Part shown: one piece after another, positions 32,824-42,565 of the stretch
Numbering within the stretch: the stretch's first letter is position 1
Layout of the letters: each line of letters begins with the position of its first letter
Assembly (NCBI GenBank): GCA_964536565.1
Contig: CAZHXK010000001.1
Coordinates: 1 to 46,502 of the forward strand
Source: an uncultured Gammaproteobacteria bacterium
Lineage (GTDB): Bacteria; Patescibacteriota; Patescibacteriia; Magasanikbacterales; GCA-002688135
DNA: 46,502 bases
Direction of reading: 5' to 3'
Program-made: the position numbers and the translations under genes
Notes under the pieces: generated by a model
Databases searched by the model: none
What the model was told of the DNA's origin: nothing
Seen by the model: only the letters and a program-made list of their open reading frames with translations

Positions 32824-33359
32824 AATAATGTTTTGATTCGTGCTATTCCCTTCATGGTTGGAGGATCGGTTACAATACTATCCGCCTCATCTAATGTGAT
32901 CCAACCTATGGTTGAAAATTCTTTATTGAGTAATGTGTGGTCTGGTTTGAATGCATTCTGTTTCACTGAAAAAAAATACCAAATATCGAAGTGACCAGTG
33001 CACCTTTGACGTGGATTATCTATCACCTTGAATGTCACAAGCTGTGGTATCGTAGGTGTAGGCAATGTGAATCCCCACTCCTCTTGCATCTCTCTGATCA
33101 GCGCTTGGCGTGCAGTCTCTCCCTGATCAATGTGCCCTCCCGTGAATATGTGCAGGTCGGCTTTAATGTGATGCCCAAGAAACACTTTTTTCTGTTCGGG
33201 ATCATACGGCGCGAACATCACATTGATATGTGTATCCGGATTTTCGTCGCGTGTCCACATTCCTTCGTCGATGCGCTGAATGAACTTCTTCCTTAACTCC
33301 TCCTCGCATACCAGCGAATCATGCATTTCCTCCAAAATTGTGCGTATTTCTGCTGGCAT
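32820..33359 (-). CDS. NUDIX hydrolase
   Basis: Nudix box GGHIDQGETARQALIREMQEEWGF. ATGA overlap with ychF. The ATG lies only 9 nt from the -10 element, so the mRNA is effectively leaderless. Confidence 0.85.
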   Translation of the reverse strand: MPAEIRTILEEMHDSLVCEEELRKKFIQRIDEGMWTRDENPDTHINVMFAPYDPEQKKVFLGHHIKADLHIFTGGHIDQGETARQALIREMQEEWGFTLPTPTIPQLVTFKVIDNPRQRCTGHFDIWYFFSVKQNAFKPDHTLLNKEFSTIGWITLDEADSIVTDPPTMKGIARIKTLL

Positions 33360-33368
33360 AGTGAAGCG

Positions 33369-33397
33369 AGTATAGCAGCCATGCGCTCAGTTATCAA
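33369..33397 (-). promoter_or_regulatory. sigma70-type promoter giving a near-leaderless mRNA
   Basis: Minus strand: TTGATA (33397-33392), 17 nt spacer, TGcTATACT (-10 hexamer 33374-33369). The ATG is at 33359. Confidence 0.65.
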
Positions 33398-33400
33398 GAA

Positions 33401-33431
33401 CAAAAAACCGACCATGAAAGCCGGTTTTTTT
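33401..33431. terminator. intrinsic terminator (A-run/T-run flanked)
   Basis: ACCGAC...GCCGGT stem with A6 upstream and T7 downstream. Confidence 0.6.
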
Positions 33432-33453
33432 AAGATTATGCCGATCGTACTTG

Positions 33454-33912
33454 TCACGATCGAGCAGTTTCGAAAGAATGTAACGCTTTTAATTGTGATT
33501 CTTCAAGATGAATCACCGGGCGTTTTAATTTAATCAGCGCAACCGCTTCATCCGCCGTCATGCCTGTTTGTATCAAGTAGGCTGCTACTAATGTCGGTGC
33601 ACGTCCATGACCGTTTTTACAATGCACATACAGTTTTTCGTCTTGCTGGACGAGCGAGATGATCGCATCAATACCGGTTTGCAGTTGTGAAGGTGTTGGT
33701 GGTGTGTGATCTACTGTTGGTAGCCAGAGGAACATTTCTACTCCGTATGGTGCGTCGAGGTTTTCCTTTTCCAGAGAGATGTCCGACTTTACTCCGATGT
33801 TAAGTAGTTCATTTTTGAAATGATCTACACAACATGCGTTCGTCCCGAGGTAGATGTGATCGGTGATTTGGTTATACTCAAAATCTGGCTGGCCTTGCTC
33901 GTGTGCTTGCAT
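33454..33912 (-). CDS. dual-specificity (Cys-based) protein phosphatase
   Basis: P-loop VHCKNGHGRAPT (HCxxGxxR[ST]). It starts 9 nt downstream of the giant gene. Confidence 0.85.
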   Translation of the reverse strand: MQAHEQGQPDFEYNQITDHIYLGTNACCVDHFKNELLNIGVKSDISLEKENLDAPYGVEMFLWLPTVDHTPPTPSQLQTGIDAIISLVQQDEKLYVHCKNGHGRAPTLVAAYLIQTGMTADEAVALIKLKRPVIHLEESQLKALHSFETARS

Positions 33913-33920
33913 ATGACTGA

Positions 33921-36900
33921 TTATTGATTTACTTCTTCTACTGGTGTCTCCTCAATGACTTCTTCGATAGCTGGTTCTGGTTCTACCACCACTTCTGGTT
34001 CTGGTTCAGTTTCTTCTACGATTGGTGTGACGATATTTGGTATTCCCACCTCTTCGACTGGTTCTGGCGTGACCTCCGGAACGACCTCAGGTTCAGTTAC
34101 TGGTTCTTCCTCCACCGCTTCTTGCTCCACTTGCTCTTCGGCCGACTCAACTTCCGCAGAAGCTGGCTCCTCATCTACTTCTGGAATCTCTTCTGGTACC
34201 GTATCTGGTTCTGGATCCATCGGAGTTTCCGTACCCTCTTCGACAACTTCTTCCGGAGGTGTTTCTGTGTCCTCTGCTAGAATTTCTTCTTCTGTTTCTT
34301 CTACTGGATCCGGACTAGATGGTTCTGTTTCATCCGATGCAGTGTCGTGCGGCACTGGATCTGCCTGAGGTGCTTCAAAGTCTAAGTCATCGCCATCTTT
34401 CTGAACGATCCACCAATCAAGCAGCGTGTATTCTGAAAGTGATGAGGACATGGTAATCGTAAATGATTCTCCTGCCACTTTTTGAGAGATATGATAACTT
34501 CGACCAGCGAGATTAGTGAGGAAGCTTACGAAAATCTTTGAGTTGTCGCGTACTGCAGGAGTAATGATTGTGAGTGAGTCAGATCCGCTCTCCATAACCG
34601 CCTCTCCAATAGTTGGAGCGTTGAGGTTCTGTTCGACAACATATTCTTCAGCAGTAATTCGCTTAACACTCATGTTTCCGTCTGTATCAACTCCCCACGT
34701 ACCTCGAGTAGATGTGATTGATGTTGCAAGTAAATCAGATGCAGTGCTTGATGAAATACTTCCATCACTGTTCTCGCCGATAGTCAGTGTCGAGCTTCCC
34801 GCTGTCATTCCGGACCGAACTAACGTTCTGATGTTTCCCATTCCCTCCTCATGTGGCTCCAGCGCAGTCGCTACAATCACCGCACTAACACCCGCCGCAC
34901 CTACCTGGTCATACTTCATGAGATGGCCCGGTTCGCTCGCAGTCACAAGCATATCCCCCACCTCAATGGCTCCATTTTCATCAGTTACATTTGTATTAAC
35001 CAGTCCGGCCAATGCTAGGGCTGCTCTATTTTCTCCTCGTGCACCCATCACAAAAGCAGCAGTGTTTGAAATCACACCAGCTGCAGATTGTGAGTATGCA
35101 TCTTCTACTTTTTTAAATTTACCCGGGAACTCTGGATCTGGCATGATTGTATCTCCAGATTCTACAGCCTGGCCCGGTGACAAATCTACGTACTCCGCAA
35201 GATCACCAATACCGAAGTCGGTTGAGTTTGCGATGAAACTATTTTTCGCGTACACGTTTCCACCTGCTCCAACATGGAATTTAGGAGTCCCTCCATTAGA
35301 GATAGTTAGTAATGTTCTGTCTAAGGAATCAGTTGATGATGTGAGAGCTACATCGCTATTGAAGTGAAACGCAGTTGCGCCAGCTTGATTCTGAACCATC
35401 GATGTGAATGTTGTTGTCGCAAGATTACCACCCTCCAGATCGTATCCGATCTCTAGAATATCTCCCACGATTCCATCTGCAGATGTTGTGGCGAACCGAG
35501 CAAGACTTCCTTGATCGATATCCGTTCCTATAGTTGCGAAAGTGAACCCGTAGCTTCCATCAGAGTTTGCTGGCACCGACAAGAACTTTGAACTAGATGC
35601 GAAGGAGAGGTCTCCGAGGATGTTTACATCTCCCAATGAGTTTATGCCTCCGTGAGATACCGAAAGCCCTCCACCGATTGTCACGTTGCCGCCGATATAT
35701 CCCTCTGCCCTTACGCTCAACCTTCCTGTTTCCACACTACCGATACTTGCTGAGCTTAAATCAGACCCGAACAGATCAATAACCCTAAATGCATCTGTAT
35801 TTTGCGTAGAAATATATGCGTATTTACCCAAAACAGCAACCGCAGTCACACTATCTAAATCTGTAGTATCAGTTAGGTCTGAAGCGATAATCGGGTTTTC
35901 TGGATCCTCGACATCGAATGTGTACAGCGCGTCATTCGTACCATCAACAACATAAACATATTTTCCAGCACTCACCGGACTTCTTGGGGCCTGCATACTT
36001 CCATTGTGTGTACCCACAATTTCAGGAGCTGTGACATCAGTAATATCAATAACATTGAAAAATCCATTTGTCGTTCCACCTGTTGTATACGCATATCGTC
36101 CGGAGACAGTCACTCCGGAGATTGCAATGAGATTCGTCACATCTTTAATTTCACCTACGATTACCGGATGTGTTGGATCTGACACATCGAGAATCTGAAG
36201 TGATTGATCAAGGTAACTTGTTACAAATGCATATTTACCTTGTACAAATACATCTGAAGGCAAATTGAGGTTCGAATTATCCTGAATACCTCCAACTATA
36301 AATGGATTGGTTGGATCTGATACATCAATGATGCGAAGCGAATCATCCGTAGTACTCACGACGTATGCATATTTCCCACTTACAAATACATCAGAAGCAC
36401 CATCCATGTCTGTATTATCCTGGACTCCTCCGACTATTGTGGGATTTGTCGGGTCTGATACATCGATAACCCTGAGAGAATCATCTGTATTACTCACGAC
36501 ATACGCATAGTTTCCTCTAACCGAAAGATCACTGGCTCCATCTAAATTAGTATTATCAGTGAGACCACCAATAATTTCTGGGTTTGCTGGATCGGTTATA
36601 TCTATGATGCGTATAAAATTACTGGAGGAACTTACAAGGTATGCATACTTCCCTTGCACCTGAACCGTATCAAGAAAGTTTAGCAGCGTACCATCTGTCA
36701 TACCTCCAACAATAACAGAGGCTGCGGGCGGTATCTGCGTTACCCCTCCTTTGATGGTGACGTCAGAAGCACTCCCTGCTATCGTCGAACTTGAGTAGTA
36801 CGGGGTGGCTGTTGCGAAGAGAAACTCTCCGTTTATTACCGTGTCCTCGAGATACGCGGTTCCTGACGCAAATACATCTCGAAATGCCGAATCGTATGAT

Positions 36901-38522
36901 CCTATATTAAACGTATTGTTTGTACCCGCTGTTAACTCACCGTTTATAGTGAGCCCTGCATTGAATGTTGATGTTGCATTAACGGTTAGAAGATCTGACG
37001 AGCTATCCCCCATGATTACCGTATCGCCGAAATATGCTGTACCACCAACAGACAAACCATAACCTGGTGTTGATGATGAAATTCCGACAGCCTCATTAGT
37101 GTCATCGATAAAAAGTAGTGGACTCAATGCGCTTTCATCAAACCCAAGATGCGCCGATCCGGAGCTGTACAGCGTACCAGCTCCATCAACAGAGAATTTT
37201 TCATCACCGCTGTTTCGGATAGAAAGAAGTGATCGATTTTGCTGTGCTGTTATCGTTTCATGTGTGTTAACCACAAAGGCGTTTGTTCCATTTGCGTCTG
37301 ACACAAGGGACTGAAGGAGCACATCAGATCCCGTTGCATACACAAACGCTCGGAATGTCGTTCCGTGTCTTAAGGCGAGTAACGGTGCACTCGCGTTTCC
37401 AGAACTGTCTGTAAAAATAATCGCTGGTGTCGTAGAATTCGTAGTAGACTTTCCGTCCTGTGATGACGCGTCAATTTCAACACGCCCAGCTCGAATTTCA
37501 AAATCAGTCCTTGTTTGACCTGGAGATGTGTATACTGAACTCAAAAGAGCTAAGTGTGCGCTTTCCCAGTCTGAACCGTTGTCATCATAACCGACGACTA
37601 GTCGCCCACCATTTGCTGCGCCATCCTGAATTACAATTTGTCCCTCCGCACTGCCAATTCCTTGGGCTCGTTTGATGTACAGCGTGACGTCTTTACTACC
37701 AATAGGACTTGAGTCGCTTGTTCCCAGCATTAGAAGTCCATTAGTAGAGGGAGTTTCGCTGCCATCTTCATCAATAAATGTACGTCCATACAGGTGTGCG
37801 TCGCCATACACATTTGCATCACCAGTGATGTATGCCGTCCCAGATGCAGCTAAATCACCATCCTCATCAACACTAAATTTTTCCGTACCTCCAACTGCTA
37901 GTCCGAGAAGTTTATAGTCTGCTGTTGCGGATGATGGATTGATATATAACACACCACCAGAAGCTGCTGTACTTGTCGGTGTACCAGTGTATGTGAAGTT
38001 TCCGTCGTCATCTGCGGCTGGGATGTAACCACCCGTTCCTCCAGATGTTGAAGTTGCAAGTCCTGAGAGATAGAGGGCGTTATAAGCAAATCCGACATTG
38101 TTGAGCTGTTTACGAGGCGTCATCTCCGAATCTGAAGCAATTGTGACACCAAGAAATACATTGTTTGATTGGAAAATTGTAGGATCGATTGTATTAGTAT
38201 CTGTTCCATCACCTAAATTTACTGAGAAAAAACCACCAGCCACTGCCACTGTGATCGCCGAAGCACTTCCGCATGCACCGCCAGCTGTATATAAACAATT
38301 ACCGCCCGTAGACGCATCATATAGCGCAAACTCTATGGAGTAGTTACCGTCTGTAACCGTAACGCCTGAGTCATCAGAGAGTTTTCCTTGATATGTAATT
38401 ATGCCGTCAAAAGCAGATGCAGGTTGAACAAAAAAAGCACTCACAAAAAGTGAGAGTGCAAAAACCACAGCCAGCAACATGGCTGAAAAATTCTGTCCAA
38501 TTCGTGACAAGAATGGGGGCAT
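33921..38522 (-). CDS. giant secreted surface protein (1533 aa) with LVIVD-repeat beta-propeller and acidic E/P/V tail
   Basis: Signal peptide, then an N-terminal IITYQGKL... module. Seven GKYAY.V....D.L..IDVSDP.NP.IVG repeats (LVIVD type) follow, then a DLAEYVDL...GD segment. The last ~130 aa are Glu/Pro/Val low complexity. Confidence 0.9.
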   Translation of the reverse strand: MPPFLSRIGQNFSAMLLAVVFALSLFVSAFFVQPASAFDGIITYQGKLSDDSGVTVTDGNYSIEFALYDASTGGNCLYTAGGACGSASAITVAVAGGFFSVNLGDGTDTNTIDPTIFQSNNVFLGVTIASDSEMTPRKQLNNVGFAYNALYLSGLATSTSGGTGGYIPAADDDGNFTYTGTPTSTAASGGVLYINPSSATADYKLLGLAVGGTEKFSVDEDGDLAASGTAYITGDANVYGDAHLYGRTFIDEDGSETPSTNGLLMLGTSDSSPIGSKDVTLYIKRAQGIGSAEGQIVIQDGAANGGRLVVGYDDNGSDWESAHLALLSSVYTSPGQTRTDFEIRAGRVEIDASSQDGKSTTNSTTPAIIFTDSSGNASAPLLALRHGTTFRAFVYATGSDVLLQSLVSDANGTNAFVVNTHETITAQQNRSLLSIRNSGDEKFSVDGAGTLYSSGSAHLGFDESALSPLLFIDDTNEAVGISSSTPGYGLSVGGTAYFGDTVIMGDSSSDLLTVNATSTFNAGLTINGELTAGTNNTFNIGSYDSAFRDVFASGTAYLEDTVINGEFLFATATPYYSSSTIAGSASDVTIKGGVTQIPPAASVIVGGMTDGTLLNFLDTVQVQGKYAYLVSSSSNFIRIIDITDPANPEIIGGLTDNTNLDGASDLSVRGNYAYVVSNTDDSLRVIDVSDPTNPTIVGGVQDNTDMDGASDVFVSGKYAYVVSTTDDSLRIIDVSDPTNPFIVGGIQDNSNLNLPSDVFVQGKYAFVTSYLDQSLQILDVSDPTHPVIVGEIKDVTNLIAISGVTVSGRYAYTTGGTTNGFFNVIDITDVTAPEIVGTHNGSMQAPRSPVSAGKYVYVVDGTNDALYTFDVEDPENPIIASDLTDTTDLDSVTAVAVLGKYAYISTQNTDAFRVIDLFGSDLSSASIGSVETGRLSVRAEGYIGGNVTIGGGLSVSHGGINSLGDVNILGDLSFASSSKFLSVPANSDGSYGFTFATIGTDIDQGSLARFATTSADGIVGDILEIGYDLEGGNLATTTFTSMVQNQAGATAFHFNSDVALTSSTDSLDRTLLTISNGGTPKFHVGAGGNVYAKNSFIANSTDFGIGDLAEYVDLSPGQAVESGDTIMPDPEFPGKFKKVEDAYSQSAAGVISNTAAFVMGARGENRAALALAGLVNTNVTDENGAIEVGDMLVTASEPGHLMKYDQVGAAGVSAVIVATALEPHEEGMGNIRTLVRSGMTAGSSTLTIGENSDGSISSSTASDLLATSITSTRGTWGVDTDGNMSVKRITAEEYVVEQNLNAPTIGEAVMESGSDSLTIITPAVRDNSKIFVSFLTNLAGRSYHISQKVAGESFTITMSSSLSEYTLLDWWIVQKDGDDLDFEAPQADPVPHDTASDETEPSSPDPVEETEEEILAEDTETPPEEVVEEGTETPMDPEPDTVPEEIPEVDEEPASAEVESAEEQVEQEAVEEEPVTEPEVVPEVTPEPVEEVGIPNIVTPIVEETEPEPEVVVEPEPAIEEVIEETPVEEVNQ
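35768..36685 (-). repeat. intragenic tandem repeats (seven LVIVD units; central copies 46 codons / 138 nt apart and similar at DNA level)
   Basis: Repeated ...SLR[VI]IDVSDPTNP.IVGG.QDN... The antisense shadow ORF 36307-36510 itself shows the repeat (GSDTS...GSDTS, 46 codons apart). Confidence 0.85.
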
Positions 38523-38536
38523 AATCTCTGGCCTAT

Positions 38537-38545
38537 ATTATAGCA
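38537..38545 (-). promoter_or_regulatory. extended -10 element (TGcTATAAT) for the 1533-aa gene
   Basis: Minus-strand TGCTATAAT lies 14 nt upstream of the ATG at 38522. The -35 is weak. Confidence 0.55.
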
Positions 38546-38648
38546 TGTTTTAGTATTTATTTATGCATATTTGTTTACAAAAATGTGTATACATTGTTGA
38601 TGAGTTTTTTCTAAATTTAGTTTTTTTAAAAAGACAGATTGCATTCAT

Positions 38649-38678
38649 GCAAAAAAATGCCGAATGGCATTTTTTTGC
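38649..38678. terminator. bidirectional intrinsic terminator
   Basis: GCAAAAAAATGCC-gaat-GGCATTTTTTTGC. Confidence 0.8.
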
Positions 38679-38701
38679 ACTTCTTTATTTCTGTATATGT
38701 C

Positions 38702-41700
38702 CTATGAACCCTTTCCAGCTCCATAGTATCCACCCGGCTCTGGCATAAGAGGAGGTTTTGGTTTTGCATCATCTTGCTCAGCCTTGTCTACATCTGGCTT
38801 ATGCGATCCAAACAGATCATCTGGGTCATTCGGGTCATGTGGCTGAGGCGGTGTTTTTGGTTCTTGAGGTGGCTCTGTACGCGGCTGTGGCGGAGTAGTT
38901 GCTGGTTTTACTTCAGCTGGTGCGGGTGGTGGTACAGCATCAACATTCGCTGTATTCCCACCTGGCGTAGATCCATCGCGTCTCATCATCACCTTTTCCC
39001 CGATAACCGTTGGCTCCTTCTTACTTGTCAGGTCAAATACACCTGACTTTTTCTTCTCAAACCCCTTTTTCTCGTACGTAACGTAATATTTTTTTTGTGA
39101 CGCAAGAAAGGCATATCGTCCCTTTGCATCTGTCAGCTGAGTATCGAGCAGTTTGTTATATTCTGTATCGAAGATACGAGCAACTGCATAGCGCAGGGGT
39201 TTTCTGATCTTCGCGTCAAATACAACACCCCACTCCTTTGGTTTTGGAGGGTATGCAAGTCTGCGAATAAGGAAGAATAGTACAAGATGAGCAACGAAGA
39301 TTGAAACTGTTTTTATAGATGGAATGATAAAGACAGAGACAAGTGCGAGTATGATTCCTGAAAGCGAAATTGCAACCTGCACCTTTCGTGACACCGCCCT
39401 CAGCATAAGCTTCTTGATTGAATCTTGCGTTGCTTCGCTTGGATCCATCGGAATGTTTGGTGCAATACGATATGCCTCTCCCTCAACCGTTATGTCTTCC
39501 GAGTGGTACACATCCGCGAATCGACCATCAACATTATTTCCCACTTTCACATACCTTGATGGATAGCTAAATGCATTCTTCTGAACCTCGAGTCGGTAGA
39601 CACCACGATCAACGAAGAACGCAAATCTCCCGAGTTTGTCTGTAATTTTTGTTCGTTTAATTTTTCCCGTCTCCACATCGACCAACCGGACGAATGCGAG
39701 ATCGATCGGATTTTTAGTAAGTGCATTATATACCACACCCCACCCCTTTCTCTTCCGTCGCTGAAGAAGTAGAAGTGGTTGAGTAAACATGAGCTGGAGA
39801 TACTGCAGTATCGCTGGTAAGCCGGTTGCAGCAACAGTATTCACCGCAATAGCAGTTGCAATTGTTGGCGCGACGGTCCCCTCTGTCGCTTTCTCAACGT
39901 CAGGGTTCTGCGCAAACTTTACTGTCTCACGAAGCGCTACCTTTGAACCGTACGTCACTTTTTTCCCAACGTTTTCTGATACATTCAGAATATTTTCAAG
40001 AAGTGGTGCGTCCGGGTCTATCACATCTATGAGCTTCTTAGGTATGCGCAATAAATCAAACGATCGATTAATAATATTATCCGAGCTATCAAATGGCTCC
40101 GATAACTCCTCTCTATGATCGGAGGCACTTACACGCAAACGATATCTCCCATTGGGCACCATGAATCCAAACAGTCCATTGTTAGACGTTATTGTTGGAT
40201 TTTTCTGTCCGAGTTTTACCACGTTGTACACGTCACCATTTCCGTCCGTCAGCGTCACTCGTGCTCCTGCATGAGGCGACAGTGTTCCGTCCGTCTTAGA
40301 TGACACTAATCCATACAGTGCTCCAGTGAGCGTGAACGAGACTTCATCTTCAGATCCGTCTGCATACGAGACAGTAACCGAGGAGGCTTCTTGGCCAGCT
40401 TTTTTTGTCAGTGTTGTGTGGTACGTGTCATCAGATTCCTCGAGTGTAAATATTTGCCCACCTGTGAACAGTGTTACTGAAGATACTTCTTTGTCTTTCT
40501 GCAGATTCTTCTTTGGTACAATCACTCCCACATCGAAGCCCGTGAGCACGACTATTTGATCATCGATCGGCTGAAGAGTGATCGTATGTGAGATTGTCGT
40601 AAAGGTAAGATCACCAATCCCAAACTCCCCCGTCCCCTCACCCGATGCTCCAGCAGCTTCATCTGCTCCACCAGCAGCATCGCCATCTTGGGGTGGCTCG
40701 AATGGAATCTCATCTGGGACACCTGGCCCCGGCTCGTCAGTCGGTGGAATCGCTTCATCGTCACATGCATCACCAATCCCATTTCCATCACTGTCGCTCT
40801 GATCAGGATTGTCAGCGAGCGGACAGTTGTCATCAGCATCTGGTACACCATCACCATCAGTATCTGTGACGGGTGGCTCAGTAATCTCTTCCAAATTTCT
40901 CATCACCATGGATCCAGATGAAAGATTGCCAGATGTGTCGCCCGCATAAGCAGCGAAATAGATTGGTTGTGGAAATGCCTGGTTCTTTGATAGAGAAATA
41001 ACTAGTTGAGATGACTCAGTTTGTAGTGTCGCTATGCTTACTCCGTCAGTTGGTCCTGTGAGCGCAGCATCGTATTTATATCGAAGTACCGTGGATCTGA
41101 AATCAGGAGCATTCGGATTCTTCCACGTGAGCACAGCTAACCAGACAAAGTTGTTCTGACCAATTGACTGCGGAAAGATTTGTACGTCAAAGTTGAGTAC
41201 ATTTGAAGGAGCCACATCATCCGGCGGCGTACTGAATGTCTTCTCCTGCAGCGTTCCATTTCCATCTTCGTCCTCTACATACACCTGAGCCGTATATGTT
41301 GAATTCGACACAAGGCCGACAAAGAATGCTGTGTGGTCATCACTCAGCCCCCCAGGCGCAGTACTTTCTGGGTCAATAAAATTTCCACCGGAATCTTTCA
41401 AGCGTATAATTGAAAAAGTTTTTTCATTCGTTTCGACAACAACTGCTGCCGTAGAGGCGGTGATATCAACGACGTTCATTACAATGATTTCTGGTCCTGT
41501 TTCGTCAGGTGTTTTGAATCGAATCACCTCAGTCTCTGCTTTGCCAAGCGAATTTTCCGCTGTAATAACGTAGTGATAAATCGTGTCTGGGAGGAGACCC
41601 GTGAGTGACACAACGTGTGATGTTACCTCAGGTGCCAGGTCTATAATAATATCGTCATACGGCGGAACTGGATCTATACCAAGCACAACCTTTGTTGGGA

Positions 41701-42565
41701 CGGGCGTGTTTGTTGTCCATGATAGTGTCCCTGATGTTCCATTTGTTGCCTTGAATGATGGATCGCTGATCACAGGAGGGACACCAAGCGTCGTCGCCGT
41801 AAACTCATGAACCTTTTTTTCATTATCAGTCCCTGAGGTAACTCTGATGTAATACAACGTCAGCGGATCGAGACCAGAAATAGTTACACCATGATTCGTT
41901 ACAAGTTCTTCAGAGACAGATACTCCAATCTCATATGAATCCGTTTTCCCAATCTCAAGTTTTGTTGTTGCGGACTTATTTGTCTCCCACGTGACTGATA
42001 TCTTGTTGGCCTCACTTACATCCGCAGTGGGGTTCTGAATCTCAAGAGGTACAAATCCTTCAGCAGGCATCTTAACAAGAATAGCCGTCTTCATCGCCTC
42101 CTCGTCATCTGTTTGAGAGCGCAGCCTTACGAAGTATGTTGCTTCTGGCGTCAGACCTGTAAGTGTATACGAATGATTGCTGACCAAGTCAACGTCTCCC
42201 ACTGTCGCAAGTTCGTAGTTGAGCGTCAGTCCGTAATCAACAATGGTATTAGATGCAATGTTTGTATTCCAGGTAAATCTAACAGATGATCCAGACAGTA
42301 ATGTTGTTTCAGCATTAGTGATTGCAAGTGGGAGAGGGCCAGCAGGAGCGGGACCACCAGGATCGGACGGTTCAGGAGCCGGTCCTCCACCCCCAGCTCC
42401 ACCAGTAACAGGCACCGTCGCCTCAACTGTAATGGTACCTGTACTTGTTGATGTAATTTGTGAATATGCAAGCTCTGTATCTGAAACCGATAGAGCTGCA
42501 TACATGAAGAATGCCAAGCAAACCCCTAGAAACGCAGGTAGAAATTTTCTCATGAGTGTAATCAT
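38702..42565 (-). CDS. giant multidomain envelope protein (1287 aa): FN3-like repeats, TSP3-like Ca-binding repeats, carboxypeptidase-regulatory-like domains, TM segments, Pro-rich tail
   Basis: Signal peptide, then 4-5 FN3-like units (..RFTWNTN.., ..VTWETN.., ..LSWTTN..). The TSP3-like stretch is DTDGDGVPDADDNCPLADNPDQSDSDGNGIGDACDD (about 40750-40870). Three segments fit the CarboxypepD_reg pattern (e.g. VRLVDVETGKIKRTKITDKLGRFAFFVDRGVYRLEV). Hydrophobic stretches occur around aa 860-900 and 1040-1090. Confidence 0.9.
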   Translation of the reverse strand: MITLMRKFLPAFLGVCLAFFMYAALSVSDTELAYSQITSTSTGTITVEATVPVTGGAGGGGPAPEPSDPGGPAPAGPLPLAITNAETTLLSGSSVRFTWNTNIASNTIVDYGLTLNYELATVGDVDLVSNHSYTLTGLTPEATYFVRLRSQTDDEEAMKTAILVKMPAEGFVPLEIQNPTADVSEANKISVTWETNKSATTKLEIGKTDSYEIGVSVSEELVTNHGVTISGLDPLTLYYIRVTSGTDNEKKVHEFTATTLGVPPVISDPSFKATNGTSGTLSWTTNTPVPTKVVLGIDPVPPYDDIIIDLAPEVTSHVVSLTGLLPDTIYHYVITAENSLGKAETEVIRFKTPDETGPEIIVMNVVDITASTAAVVVETNEKTFSIIRLKDSGGNFIDPESTAPGGLSDDHTAFFVGLVSNSTYTAQVYVEDEDGNGTLQEKTFSTPPDDVAPSNVLNFDVQIFPQSIGQNNFVWLAVLTWKNPNAPDFRSTVLRYKYDAALTGPTDGVSIATLQTESSQLVISLSKNQAFPQPIYFAAYAGDTSGNLSSGSMVMRNLEEITEPPVTDTDGDGVPDADDNCPLADNPDQSDSDGNGIGDACDDEAIPPTDEPGPGVPDEIPFEPPQDGDAAGGADEAAGASGEGTGEFGIGDLTFTTISHTITLQPIDDQIVVLTGFDVGVIVPKKNLQKDKEVSSVTLFTGGQIFTLEESDDTYHTTLTKKAGQEASSVTVSYADGSEDEVSFTLTGALYGLVSSKTDGTLSPHAGARVTLTDGNGDVYNVVKLGQKNPTITSNNGLFGFMVPNGRYRLRVSASDHREELSEPFDSSDNIINRSFDLLRIPKKLIDVIDPDAPLLENILNVSENVGKKVTYGSKVALRETVKFAQNPDVEKATEGTVAPTIATAIAVNTVAATGLPAILQYLQLMFTQPLLLLQRRKRKGWGVVYNALTKNPIDLAFVRLVDVETGKIKRTKITDKLGRFAFFVDRGVYRLEVQKNAFSYPSRYVKVGNNVDGRFADVYHSEDITVEGEAYRIAPNIPMDPSEATQDSIKKLMLRAVSRKVQVAISLSGIILALVSVFIIPSIKTVSIFVAHLVLFFLIRRLAYPPKPKEWGVVFDAKIRKPLRYAVARIFDTEYNKLLDTQLTDAKGRYAFLASQKKYYVTYEKKGFEKKKSGVFDLTSKKEPTVIGEKVMMRRDGSTPGGNTANVDAVPPPAPAEVKPATTPPQPRTEPPQEPKTPPQPHDPNDPDDLFGSHKPDVDKAEQDDAKPKPPLMPEPGGYYGAGKGS

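Noticed and set aside
34516-35367. 283-aa plus-strand ORF, together with 33955-34368, 33924-34280 and other plus-strand ORFs inside the giant minus-strand genes.
   Set aside because: These are antisense shadow ORFs of strongly supported, compositionally biased genes. Their translations are low complexity (S/T/G/V runs) and they have no SD or promoter.
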